From Octopus sinensis (lineage: Eukaryota), in the NCBI RefSeq assembly GCF_006345805.1, contig NC_043017.1, positions 24,490,001 to 24,554,000 on the forward strand: a stretch of DNA of 64,000 nucleotides, written 5' to 3'. The notes beneath the pieces are model-generated. The model made no database searches. It was not told the origin of the DNA and saw only the letters and a list, made by a program, of their open reading frames with translations. Made by a program: the position numbers and the translations under genes. Position 1 is the stretch's first letter. Each line of letters opens with the position of its first letter. Below are positions 1 to 12,300 of this stretch, in pieces.

Positions 1-48
1 TTAGCTGGAAACCTTAACCACTAAGCCATATGTGTGTGTATATATATA

Positions 49-280
49 TAGGGTGGCCCAAAAGTAGGTTTACAGTTATCACGCAGGCATTTTAAATTTC
101 TTTTAAAACATTACATTTAAATTTCTATCTTACAAACTGAAAATGGAGCTCGACAAAATTAACTAAATTAGCATAGAATAATGGTTTCATATTTTTTTAT
201 AATTAATATCTAAACTGTTAATATATGAACACAAAAGAGATGGTTAAATAACTGTAAACCTACTTTTGGACCACTCTGTA
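49..280. mobile_element. Tc1/mariner-type MITE (~230 bp)
   Basis: Imperfect TIRs GGGTGGCCCAAAAGTAGGTTTACAGTT ... AACTGTAAACCTACTTTTGGACCACTCTG with TA flanks and an AT-rich non-coding interior. Confidence 0.75.
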
Positions 281-993
281 CATCGACACACACACACTCA
301 CATCCGGCAGGCTTCTTTCAGTTCCGATATACCAAATCCACTTACAAGGCTTTGGTTGGCCCAAGGCTATAGAAGAAGACACTTGCCACTGAACCCAAAA
401 CCATGTGATTGTACCACTGAACCCAAAACCATGTGACTGGGAATCAAGTTCTTACCACACAGCTCACCAAGACACTCATCTCTCAAATGGCTAAATGCAT
501 ATTTCCCTGTAAATAATCATCAACTCAATACAGAGAAACTAAACGAAGCAGCAGCACTGTGGAATTAACATGAATGTCTCGTTAGTAAGCGTTTCAGAGG
601 TGCCCTGATGACCCAACTCAATTTAAAAAGCAGTAGGAAGAGTAAAGGAGTTCCAGAATGCAATAACGATTGGGTAAAATGTTCAGTACAGTTGCAGTGA
701 ATTCTGAGAAATTCGAACATATTTGGGTGCTGATGAGAGGAAAATAATACAACTTTAGGAACAGCACAAGTAGAGCAAGCAAACCCACATGATATTTAGT
801 ATAGGTTACACTTGAAATGTTATATAACGGATGTTTTCGAAAGGAATATTCCTGGAAATGATCAAATTAACGTTACTAAAAAATAAGCAAGATATAGGCC
901 AAACTAGATTACATTTCACTAATATTTACTATCTTGATGGCAGTGGAAGTAACCAAGACAACCAGACACTAGACTGAATGCATCACTATAACT

Positions 994-1267
994 CAGTGGT
1001 TCTCAACTGGAGTCCAAATGGCCCCTAAGAGTCTATATAAGATTTTTGGGAGTCCATATAACAAAATAAATAGTAAATTAGGGATCCACAATAGAATTTG
1101 AAGGACCCCTAAAAATCAACCTACACATGTTAATGTGTGAAAAACAAAATAAATTTGAAAACCATTTCTATAAAACTAGTTTTTAAACATTGAATGGATA
1201 TGAGGGTCCATCAGAATAAAATAGTATTCAAAGGGGTCTGTAGATAAAAAATGATTGATAACCCCTG
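994..1267. mobile_element. hAT-type MITE
   Basis: TIRs CAGTGGTTCTCAA / TTGATAACCCCTG; flanking 8-mers CTATAACT and TTGTAACT match 6/8, consistent with a decayed 8-bp TSD. Confidence 0.7.
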
Positions 1268-1889
1268 TTGTAACTAGTTCAGTACCTTACTGTTCTATGT
1301 TAAGCTCTCACAAGTTCATTATCCTCCTCAGCAGCATTATAAAATCCACTTTTCCAAGCTAGCATGGATTGGACAGAGTTTGTTGAGGTTGATTTTCTAC
1401 AGTCAGATGCCCTTCCTGTTATCGAGTGAGGTAATGTTTCCCGGTAACAAGACGCATCTCTGATGATTGGAGATGAAGAACACTGCTTGCATGGCAGTGA
1501 TATGTACTTACAACTATCATGCAAGGCAAGTCGACAGTAACACATGTGCATATATACATATGTATGTGTACAAATACACACATACACACACACACATTGA
1601 CTCTCTGACCGATAACTGATGAAGAATTGGTGACCTTCTGTGTTTTCTGTCTGTCTGTGTATTTAGTATATGTTCATTTACTACACATTTTTTAAATTAT
1701 ATATATATATATATAATTGTTATTTTTTAATTATATATATATAAGTAGGTCATATTTTCCGTTTGTTGTCTTTTTATTTAATCTTGAAAATATTAGTTAT
1801 GTAACCCCCGCACTCCTTAATTTTTTACCTATATATGTGTGTGTGTGTGTGTGTGTGTAATTCAAAAAATAGAGGAAAAGACAAGAAAT

Positions 1890-2060
1890 AAAACAACAAC
1901 AACGTGAGGATGTAGCACATACAGAGTATTAATAAGACACACAGAGAAGGAAAAGAGTGGTTGTTTTACATTTCGAGCAAAGTTCATCTTCAGAAACAGG
2001 AAACATATCAAAGTCCAAAGGAAAAGGAAGGAGGGGGGAAAAAAAAAAAATCGGCAACAC
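1890..2060 (-). mobile_element. Penelope-associated short repeat fragment with hammerhead-like motif (1962-1998)
   Basis: Minus strand TGTTT-CTGAAGA-T-GAAC-TTT-GCTC-GAAAT-GTA-AAACA: core CUGANGA/GAAA with a closing stem TGTTT/AAACA. Confidence 0.5.
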
Positions 2061-4111
2061 ACAATGGACTTCTTTTTGATCTACCAAATTCACTTACAAG
2101 GCTTTCCTCAGTTTGAAGCTACAGTAGAAGATACTTGCCCAAGGTGCCATGCATTGGGATGGAACCTGAAACCATGTGGTTGGGAAGCAAACTTCTTACC
2201 ACTCAACCATGCCTATGCTTATTCACAAAAAAAAAACAACAATAACCGTAATACATTCTTATTAATTTATTTAAACTATCTCCCAAAAACTGAAGAAAGG
2301 AAATAGTTTTTAAACTAAAGAAAGAAAATAGTTTTTAAATATAAAAAAAAATGTATCATGAAATAGTTTTAACACATGGAGTCAGTAATCCAAAACACTT
2401 TTTTCTTATTTATTCAAGACTTATTTTCAAACTTGACTATGACTTCAGTGCATTCTGCTTACTAACTTACAAAAAATTATGATTCATAGACAAAACTCAA
2501 AGACTGTGATCTCAGGTTTCAAGTCTTATAGGAAACCCCACTAATACTGTCCTTAATAATGCCACCCTCTTCAGGCAAATAATATTTCATGTGGTTTTCT
2601 GATGAAACAGCACAGTGCAACACGAAAAGAGTATTGGAATTAAGAGTAATAGTGATGGTCGAATCATCAACGTGGCTTCTCTTTCACCATCACAGGACAT
2701 AACTAAGCTAAGTGAAGTGTTGCTCATAAGAAAACCAACAAGGTACATAACAAACATGCATGGATTATACAATGACACTACAGCTTGCCGAGGTAAGTAT
2801 AAGATATACTGGCTGTGAGGTTCGGGAACTCACTTTGCAAACCATATGCTTTTGAATTCAGTCCCATTGCCCAGCATCTTGGGCAAGTGTTTTCTACTAT
2901 AGCCCAAGGCCAACGAACGCCTTATGAGTGAATTCAGTACATGGAATCTGTGAAAAAGTCCATCATATGTGTGTGTGTCTTTGTACTGTGTTTGTCTCCA
3001 CCATCGCTTGCAATGGTGTTGGATTACCTTCTAATGGTTTTAGTCATTAGACTGTGGCCATGCTGGGGCACCACACTGAAGAATTTTTAATCAAATGAAT
3101 CGACCCCAGTACTTACTGTTTTTGTGTTTTTAAGCCCATTACTTATTCTATCAGTCTCTTTGCCAAACCACTAAGTTACAGGGGCATAAACACACCAACA
3201 CTGGTTGAAAAGCAAAGTTGACCTCAGTGGAATTTGAACTAAGAATACAAAGAGCAGGAAAAATGCAAGCTTACTAAGAGAGATATTTTTTTCCAAATTT
3301 CCAATTATTTTCAAATTAAAACTGAAACGATCTACATTTTCATTCGACATATAGTAATAAAAAGGCTAATAGTGGAAATAAATTATTTAAATAAGTTTCT
3401 CATAATGTTCACTTATACGAACTATTGACAAATCACATTAGAACGGAGAACGTTCATTTTAACTAAAAGCAAGAAAAAAAGAACTTTTAAAAAGGAAAGA
3501 AAAATTACCGTCATGTTGGATGCTGGCTATGCCACTTTTTTACATTAAGTCAGAAAAACAACCAATTGTGAGTGTCCTTCATGTACCCAGTCAATGACTT
3601 TATCCGTTTAGGTATAAACAGGTCAAGGAGAACATTATGTATATACAGGCATATGTTAAATGTTATCAGACAACAAACCGCTATACTATCATTTAAGGAC
3701 AAGGTTGAGGCACCGAATATGTACAGTACACAAAGAGACATTGAGATTCATTTTTATGATTTTCTTGTCTTTGGGGGAAGGGCTACTGTGCACAATCAGG
3801 GATTGGCGAATTTAGTATTGTTTAAATCATAGAAATTAGAGATGGAGGATAACGCATGATACTGTATAATACATAATTATAGAAGAGAAGTGAAGGAAGT
3901 ACATAAGGCAAGTGTTACTCAGAATTAAACAATGATGAGTATGATAATTCATGTATTTTAATTAATGAGAGAAGCATAACAGAAGGAGAAATAATAAAGA
4001 GGCAAGTGTAATGAGTAAGCAATAGTATAACCCCAGGTCAGCCAGTATTGAACAAACCTAATGATCAAAGACATTACAAACTTAACCAAACAGACTTTCT
4101 TGTTTTGTTCA

Positions 4112-4460
4112 TAGGTGCAGGTATGATTGTGTGGTTGAAAAGCCTGTTTCCTAACCATGTGGTCTTGTGTTCCGTCCCATTCTGCAGCACTTTGATCAAG
4201 TGTCTTCTACTACTGCACCAGGCTGACAAAAGCCTTGAGAGTGGATTTGGTAGATGGAAACAGAAAGAAGTCCATTATGTGTATGTGTGTATCTTTGTGA
4301 TGTATTTGTCCATACAACCACTTGACAACAGGTATCAGTGTGTTTACATAGCCATAACTTAGCGGTTCAGCAAAGAGAGACAAACAGAATAAGTACTAGG
4401 GTTGATTTGTTCGACTAAACCCTTCAAGGCAATGCCCCAGCATGGTCACAGTCCAATGAC
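4112..4460 (+). mobile_element. tRNA-derived SINE, family A (old, CpG-decayed copy)
   Basis: Collinear with the young copies at 39308 and 47614 (GGTGCAGG..TGTGTGGT..GGATTTGGTAGA..AATGACTGAAACAA) but with many CpG-to-TpG/CpA changes. Confidence 0.8.
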
Positions 4461-5059
4461 TGAAACAATTCAAAGATAACAGATGTAGTGGGTCTTATAC
4501 TACATTACCCAATGCATCCTTAAAAGATGGCGAAATGGGATTCAAGGAATTGGCTCCTATTCAAAGCAGATCAAGCTACCACATAGCGACTATCTCACTG
4601 GCTCATAATGGGTAAGTTTTCTAACAAAGGGGTTGTTGGCACCAACAAGTTCTGGAAAAACAGAGTTGTGGAGTGAGAGTAGACGCCAAAGTAAACATAG
4701 TATTATGATAAACTAGTGTAGTAAACCTACTTCATTGCTCAATTTAACTCTCATCTGGTCATTGGATACCTTTAACAGAAAGTACTGTGTTCTAAGTAAT
4801 CAGACCAGATCTACAGTCCATGGATAACTTGATATTTCAATGCACTACTTCCTACTGTAGTGGCCCCATGGTATGTGGTTCCTTACTCCTCTTCTCTCCA
4901 TGAACCTAAGTGGGTCATGAATGTCACCCTTCCTTCTCCAACTAGCCAAACAACAACAACAAAATTTTATTCAGGAGGAGAGGATTTAACCCTTTACCAG
5001 TTTTGTGTTGAAACTGACCAGATTTTGCCTCTCACACCTACCCGACAATAGGATTTTAA

Positions 5060-5838
5060 AAGTTAACAGATACTCTATCAAAATCTCAAAGCTACAAAAT
5101 AACGCCAGATTAATTCAAAACTTATGAATAAATAAGGATTCTTTTGACAGAATAATGTGAACGCTAAAGGGTTAATGACCAATCAGATGATAGAAAGCAG
5201 ATTTAAGTGACAAGAAAGCTGGAGATGATGCATCATTCCAAATAAATGAGCAGTAAGTATTCATGCCATAGCAGGAGATTGAGCTTTGAGTAGTTACTCA
5301 AGACTGAAGTATCTCTTTACTATAAAGGGAAGATCAACTAACCATTAGCCCTTTAGGATTCAGATTGCTCTGTCAAATGCAATGCTTATTCTCATTGTTT
5401 TAAATTAATCATGCATTATATTGTAGCTTAGAGATTTTGATGATGTGATGACAGCACGGGGCAAGTGTAAGAGGCCAGATCTGGTTGGTTTGAATATAAA
5501 ACCAAACAATTTTGGGGTGAACATGGCCAGTTTAAATGCCAAAAAGTTAATGTTTACTGAGAAAGATCTTTCAGACTTTCAGATCTTTCATTCACAAAAA
5601 GAGCAAATGTAATTGTACATATTAACCCATTAGCATTTAAACTGGCCATATCTGGCCCAAAATGTTCTTCCTGTTTTATGTTCAAACTGAGTAGATCTGG
5701 TCTTCCACACCTACCTAACAATGTCATTGTAAAACTAAGCAATCACATCACTGAAATGTCAAAGCTACAAGATAATGCATGATTAATTCGAAACAATGCA
5801 TCACATTTGATAGAGTAATCTGACCGCTAAAGGGTTAA
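5060..5838. mobile_element. Cluster of piggyBac-type MITEs (~220 bp units)
   Basis: Ends of the form TTAA-CCC(T/A)TTAG ... CTAAAGGG-TTAA (ends at 5175 and 5838; start at 5622); same family as 35337 and 52207-52844. Confidence 0.65.
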
Positions 5839-6019
5839 ACAGGACTCAAGAGAAGCTATAGGTTGATTTGTTGGTTATTGAACCTGTTACCCCTTTACCA
5901 GGTTGATCTACCAGCCCAGGGGAAGCAGGGGGGAATTGATCATTTCAGGAATAAGACTTTTCTACACAATCTTGAAGAACACGTTCATTGTGTATCTTGT
6001 ATGAGAGTACCTGCAGCTT

Positions 6020-6490
6020 TACTAGGAGGGAACCTGTGGAAGAGGTAGAACCAGGAAGACATGGGATGAGGTGGTGAAGCATGATCTTTGAACAATGTGA
6101 TTCAAGGAGGCAATAACAGGACCTTTGGCAATATGCCATGCTTGAGAAGACCCATCAAGCCAAGTGAAATCATAGTCATGGCTGATGCTGGTGTCACGTA
6201 ACTGGCACATAGAAAGCATCCACCAAATGTTGGACCTCACAGAGGTGATGACTAGTGACTGAGACCTTTGGCGAAATGTTGAGCTTAAGAAGACCTATCA
6301 AGGCAAGTAAGATCATAGCTGTGGCCAATGTCACTATTGGAGGAGTTGGTGTTAGGAAGGACATCCGGCCATAGAGACAATGCCAAATGAGATCTGGAAC
6401 CTGGCGCAGCCCTCCAGTTTACCAGTTTCAGTCCAACCATCTAACCCATACCAGCATGGAAAGCAGACAGTAAATGATGATGATGATGAA
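6020..6490 (+). mobile_element. Non-autonomous retroelement fragment with (GAT)n tail (RTE-like 3' end)
   Basis: Ends ...AACCCATACCAGCATGGAAAGCAGACAGTAAATGATGATGATGATG, shared with 16620, 34020, 50470 and 54893. Confidence 0.6.
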
Positions 6491-7324
6491 AAGGAAGGTA
6501 AGAATCAATCTACTGCATCACTAACAGATATTTTCTCACTATATCTATTTCACATGGTTAAGCAAATGAGAGCAAGCAAGAGAGAGAGAGAGAGAGAAGT
6601 CCAAATTGAATTTACCTACCAGAAAATGCTATACATGTTTTGGTTCCTTTCTACAGAATCTTTATGCATTCTTACCATGGTAGAATGTTCTGTTTTGTGA
6701 AAATTTTGTTTATTTTTTAACAGAAAAGCAAACATCTACAAATCCATTTACTCCTCTACTATTTATTATCATTACCATCACGAATAGTTTAACATCTGTT
6801 TTTCAAAGCTTGACGGGATGCTGGACAAGTCTGAAAAACTGCCTTTCTGATTCATCCATCCTATCATTTGGCAGTTTTCTTTCTCAAAGCCTAAAAAAAC
6901 CATTGAAATCTGGTATAACTACACTAGAATTCAACAAGGCTAGAATTTGTAGTAATCTGTGTTAACAGTTCAGCAAAACATTATCTATATAAGTAAGGTA
7001 TGAAGATATGTTGTGATATGGAAAATCTAATGTACACACACACACTATGGAATGCATGGGTGTGCTTCAAAGGGAAGGAAAATCTAAAGTTTCAAGGAAG
7101 ACATGTTTCCCAATATTGGTACAGGCATGGTACTACAGTTAAGAAGTTTGACTTATGACCTTATAGTCTTGATTTCAATCCCACTACATGGCACCTTGGG
7201 TAGATGTCTTCTATGGCCCCAAACCACCCAGTACTTTGTAAGTGAATTTGGTAGATGGAAGCATCAAAAAGCCCTAATTCTGAAACATAGAGATATGCAT
7301 ATATTATATATTTATATAAATGGG

Positions 7325-7548
7325 TAAAGAATCCCTTCAGTCATGAATGACTAAGGGATTGCACCTAGAAAGTTCCCCTCCGAGGCACAAGTCCAGGCGA
7401 GGTTGTTTACGGAAGACCAGCAGTCACCTCCCCTCTACACACCACCAATGTTATCCAAGGGAAAGGCAAAGGCTGATACGACTTGGCACCAGTGATGCTG
7501 CAACTCATTTCTACAGCTGAGTAAACTGGAGCAACATGAATAATTACT
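7325..7548 (-). mobile_element. tRNA-derived SINE family B, 5'-truncated
   Basis: Reverse complement of the body and 3' part of the 8644-8975 copy. Confidence 0.75.
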
Positions 7549-8373
7549 AGCATTTGTGAGGTTGCAAAGTTACTCATAAGACCAGAAAAGAACAGAGGGA
7601 AAAGACCACAACTATATGGTAGGGGTATTTGGGAGGAGGTGGTAGCTTTATACCAGGTTTTGAGTGACCAAAGTATGACAGAGGGACAAGCACAAGCATC
7701 TTGCTATAGTGATAATACATGGCTACTCCGTATTATATAAGGGTGGGTGTAGCTAGTAGGAAGATAAAAATGGTAATGATCTTTATAGAAGTCAAAACAA
7801 GAACTGACGTTTTTTATATATCTGTCACTAGATTCCAGTCACACATTTGTTATTCTAGTGACCTGTATAAAAATTCAACCCTTAATGCAAAACATGTAGA
7901 CATTAATTAACAGTCCAATGTTAATATGATGCACACTTGTGTACATATTTACACATATATTAGATAAACATATATAGATGTAAGGATATGATACACTTGG
8001 TTGGGGAGGGTGGGGTACCAAAAGGTTAACAAACTCTACTCAACAGATACTGACACATCAAAAGTATATATAAGGACATAGTGACAGTGACGTCACACAG
8101 ATTAAAGATGAGAGTAAATTGATGATTAAATCCTAACTATTTACAGTTATTGATTACTGATGATTCAAACTATATACAAATAGAAAGAGACTATTTTTTT
8201 CTTCATTTGAATGCTGTTAGTTTAAATATGAAAATTTTAAATTAGACTAATGTAATTAGTGACTAAGCAACACTATAAAAATGAACACAGGCTAAAGTCA
8301 TTTTTTAAGCCATTTTCCTTTAACAAAATGGGAAGTATGTATAACAGATCAAGAAGACTGAAATCATATTATA

Positions 8374-9540
8374 CTAATACTTGGTTAGGTAATCTGAAAT
8401 ATCTCAAAATCAGATCATACATATGAGACACTGAATCTGTAAGCTTCATCATCACATGGCTGAGAGGTTAAAAACTCACTTTGAATCATGTGGTTCAGAG
8501 TTATGTGGCACTATGTGTGCATATTTGTCAACAAATACCTCTTGACAACTGGTGATTTTTGGTTACACATCCATAACTTAATTGTTCCGGTCACTGTAGC
8601 ATTCACATTTTCTTGCCTTCAGTGAAATTTCATGGTTAATCTTGCATGGCTCAGTGGTTAGAGCGTCGAGCTTACGATCGTGAGGTTGTAAGCTCGAATC
8701 CCGGACTGGGCTGCGTGTTGTGTTCTTGAGCAAGGCACTTTATTTCACGTTGCTCCAGTTCACTCAGCTGTAGAAATGAGTTGCGACGTCACTGGTGCCA
8801 AGCTGTATCGACCTTTGTCTTTCCCTTGGATAACACTGGTGGCGTGGAGAGGGGAGGCTGGTATGCATGGGCGACTGCTGGTCTTCCATAAACAACCTCG
8901 CCCGGACTTGTGTCTAGGAGGGTAACTTTCTAGGTGCAATCCCATGGTCTGTGTCGTGACCGAAGGGGGTCTCCAAACTTAAGGCCATCATACTGAAAAA
9001 TTCATGACTGGCCCAAATGACTTATGGCATATGAAAGTAAAGCTCTCTAAGATCTCCAGAGGGGCTATACTGCTCATGGTGCCCTTGATCTCATGTTTGG
9101 GACTGATCCCTTTTTTCCCCAGATGCTGTCCCAAAACCATGAAATTGTTGCCACCCCCATGATAAACTGTCTAATTCATGCACTCCGGGTAAAATTCTAA
9201 TCTTCTATGTATAGTCACTCTGTTACATGAACAAAAGATCAATGAAGCTGAACAAATTGAATTTGGACTAATCTGATCGCAAGATTTTTGACCAACCTGA
9301 TGAAGTCCAATTCTTATGTTTCTGGGCAAACTCAATTCAGACACATTAGTTGTTTTCAAGTTAATTGTAGATACAAATATTCTTTTTCTTCCTGATATAT
9401 TTCTTTTATGTACTCCTAAAAGAATACAGCTCTTCTTGGCATTTGCCATTAAAGCTATATTTTTCACTGAATGTTTTTTTGGTATTTTCTCAAAACTTCA
9501 TTGTAATTCTCAACACAATCTTTGTATTTTCTGTAACTAC
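8374..9540 (-). pseudogene. Degenerate Tc1-family DDE transposase, interrupted by SINE insertions
   Basis: Minus-strand translations in canonical Tc1 order: EFAQKHKNWTSSGWSKILRSD*SKFNLF (9250-9333; cf. W..VLWSDESKFNLF), TVYHGGGNNFMVLG (~9130-9170; cf. TVKHGGGSVMVWG), FQYDG (~8984-8998; cf. FQQDN) and DYLTKY* (8374-8394; cf. G..TKY*). Multiple stops and frameshifts. Confidence 0.85.
8644..8975 (+). mobile_element. tRNA(Arg)-like SINE family B, near full length, inserted into the Tc1 fossil
   Basis: A box TGGCTCAGTGG, ACG anticodon-like loop and B-box-like GCTCGAATCC, then body TTGAGCAAGGCACTTTATTTCACGTTGCTCCAG; homologous copies at 7325, 62210 and 62645. Confidence 0.85.
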
Positions 9541-9705
9541 TACAAGATCACTTTTAAATATATAAAAAAATATATTTTCCAATGATAGAAGCTAAAGTTC
9601 CCTGGCAAATGTCATACCTTGCTGTCTTCTTCAAGAATACAGAAAAAAAATTATATTACATACATACATATGTATATACATACATACATATGTATATACA
9701 TACAT

Positions 9706-9749
<44 letters not shown>

Positions 9750-9751
<2 letters not shown>

Positions 9752-9945
9752 CAGGAAGGTTTACGAAAATAAACAAAAGACGAAGGCAGGTGGAGTACAA
9801 ACAAACAAATGTATTAGTATAGCGCTCAGGAATAGAAATAGAAAAAGTCTTTTACGTTTCGAGCCTACGCTCTTCGACAGAAAGATACACAGAAAAAAAA
9901 ATGCGTGTAGGAGCTAACGATCTATCATGGCGTCCAGACTCCGGA
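9750..9945 (-). mobile_element. Penelope-associated short repeat with minimal hammerhead-like motif (9848-9885)
   Basis: Minus strand TCTTT-CTGTCGA-A-GAGC-GTAG-GCTC-GAAAC-GTA-AAAGA; embedded between TA/TG microsatellites. Confidence 0.55.
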
Positions 9946-10529
9946 CAGTACACATATATATGTGTATATTATATATATATATATATGAGTGTATGTATGT
10001 ATGTATATATATATATTTTTCAGCTACTCCCACCCATTCCTATATAATCCAAGGTAGCCAAGTATCTCATCAAAAGCAAAACACCTGTGCTAATCCTACT
10101 ATTATACTTTGGCCTCTGAATACCTGACACAAAGCCACCTCCCATCTAAAGCAATCCCACTCAGTCAAAGGTTTTTCTTCTCTTTGTCTAGCAAATTATT
10201 CAGCCACCTCACTAGTGCCAGTGCCATGAAAAAGGTACCTTGTGCACTCTGTAAAGTGCTGTATCCTGTTAAACCATCCAAATTATTGTGACAGCATGGA
10301 CGTTGGATGCAAAATGACATATTAAAGAATAAAGAACATGGAAATAAAGATTTTAAAAAATTTAAAAAGAAGGACCGAAAAATTGTTGCCTCCATATTCA
10401 AGGCATACAACACTAAATACAAACTGCATTACCTTGCGTCAACTATACAGATATTAACCTCATCAGTTACCCAGAATTCTGGAATTTACCCTGAGAAAAA
10501 AAGATAGGAAGAAGCCTAAGCTAGTCTAA

Positions 10530-10800
10530 CTTGCCTGGCTTTCCACTGGTTATGATGAGTGTCCCATTTGATCCAATCAATGGAATAGTCTGTTCCACAA
10601 ACATGCTTACCCTTAATATAGTTCTCTGGGAGATTCAACATGGCCCTTTAAAATACAGGTACAACTCACTTTTGCTAGCTGAGTTTGAGTGGTGCAACAA
10701 GAAATAAAGTGTCCTGATCAAGGACAAAATGCACAATTGGGAACAGAAGTCACAACCTTACAATCATGAGCTGAATACTCAAGTGATTCAACTAACTGCC
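10530..10800 (-). mobile_element. Decayed tRNA-derived SINE related to family B
   Basis: Shares the GCAACAAGAAATAAAGTGTCCTGATCAAGGACA body motif (reverse) with family B. Confidence 0.55.
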
Positions 10801-11130
10801 TTCTAACTGTATGTGTAAAGTACATGTTTGGACTGTGAACAAGAAAGAGTACAGACATCATTGAAACAAATGTAATTTATATAGGCACAGGTATGGCTGT
10901 GTGGTTAAACTCGCTTCCCAACCATGCAGTTTGGGGTTCAGTTCCACTGTGTGGCACCCTGGGTAAGGATCTTCTACTATAGCCCCAGACAAACCAAAGC
11001 CTTTTGAGTGGATTTGGCGAGAGAAACTCATGAAGCCTTTTCTGTGTATGTATACATGTATACATATATAACAAATGCGCAATTCTGTCTGTCCATTCAT
11101 CCAGGACCCCTGCTCTACATTGACATATAC

Positions 11131-11231
11131 CTTTTTGGAATCAGGATGAGCCTGGGATTGAAAATCTGCCCTTCATTTGGTTCTTGAACATCCAACATTG
11201 GGATCGGGTCTGGATGAAGATTTGTTGAATG
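11131..11231 (-). other. Candidate internal exon of a minus-strand gene
   Basis: ctgatag acceptor, AAG|gtatat donor; one frame open (HSTNLHPDPIPMLDVQEPNEGQIFNPRLILIPK). No recognised homology. Confidence 0.2.
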
Positions 11232-11754
11232 CTATCAGTTGAAAATTCAAATTTTAAAAGAACTCCAAAAATTTGGGAACTTACAAGTTTTTCATTTAAA
11301 ATGAATTTTAAAGTAATACCATATTGGTAGCGTAATACCTTATTGGTAGGGTACCAATAAATGCATTACTATTGCTCTCTTTAGATTTGGGCTACAGACC
11401 CAGTTATCCATCCGCAGGAGCTAGCTTAAAATCACCTCATATATATGTATAAGTGTATGTGTGTACCTTTGCCTTGACATGATTTCATGATTGTAAATAA
11501 GCATTATTTTCATACAAGTGAGATTGTTCATTTCCAGTCTTTACGAAAAACATTTGACGACAGGGAAATATCACCTTGCTTAGTAACAGATGAAACAGGA
11601 AGGACATTCGACCAAAGAAATTCTGCCCAACTTATGCAAGCATGGAAAAATGGAAGTTAAATGATGATATGGTTGTCAATTAATTAGTTTTTTGTACCTT
11701 CAGCCAAAACCAATGTTAAGATTAATTTCAGCTTTGATTCGAGTTTGTATCATA

Positions 11755-12300
11755 ATCATTTAACGTCTGCTTTCCATGCTAGCATGGGTTAGACAATTTG
11801 ACTGAGGACTGGCGAGCCAGATGGCTGCACCAGGCTCCAATCTGATCTGGATGAGTTTCTACAGCTGGATGCCCTTCCTAATGCCAACCACTCCGAGAGT
11901 GTAGTGGGTGCATTTACATACCACCAGCATGAGGGCCATTCAGGCAGATGGCTGCACCAGGTTCCAATCTGATCTGGATGAGTTTCTACAGCTGGATGCC
12001 TTTTCTAATGCCAACCACTCCGAGAGTGTAGTGGGTGCATTTACGTACCACCGGCATGAGGGCCATTCAGGCAGTACTGGCAACGGCCATGCTCAAATGG
12101 TGTTTTTTACATGCCACCTGCACAGGAGCCAGTCCAGCAGCACTGGCAATAACCTCGCTTGAATATTTTTTTTCACGTGCCAGTAAGGCGGTGCTGGTAA
12201 TGATCATGCTCAAATGGTGCTTTTTACGTGCCACCAGCACAGGAGCCACTCAGCTGCCCTGGCAACGATCACGCTTGGATGGTGCTCTTAGCACTCCAAC
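11755..12300 (-). mobile_element. (GAT)n-tail family element with a 127-bp internal tandem duplication
   Basis: Starts CATTTAACGTCTGCTTTCCATGCTAGCATGGG; segment AGATGGCTGCACCAGG...CATTCAGGC repeats at 11819 and 11946. Confidence 0.7.

Noticed and set aside
2612-2818. Plus-strand ORF with a strong GAG|gtaagt donor at 2791
   Set aside because: No recognisable homology or partner exons, and the donor coincides with the start of a decayed SINE head.
9171-10490. An apparent in-frame minus-strand exon chain (..QREEKPLTEWDCFRWEVALCQ / KTA / SYRKYKDCVENYNEVLRKYQKNIQ*)
   Set aside because: The last segment is part of the frameshifted Tc1 fossil, and the 10433-10490 segment has stops in all frames from its best acceptor.
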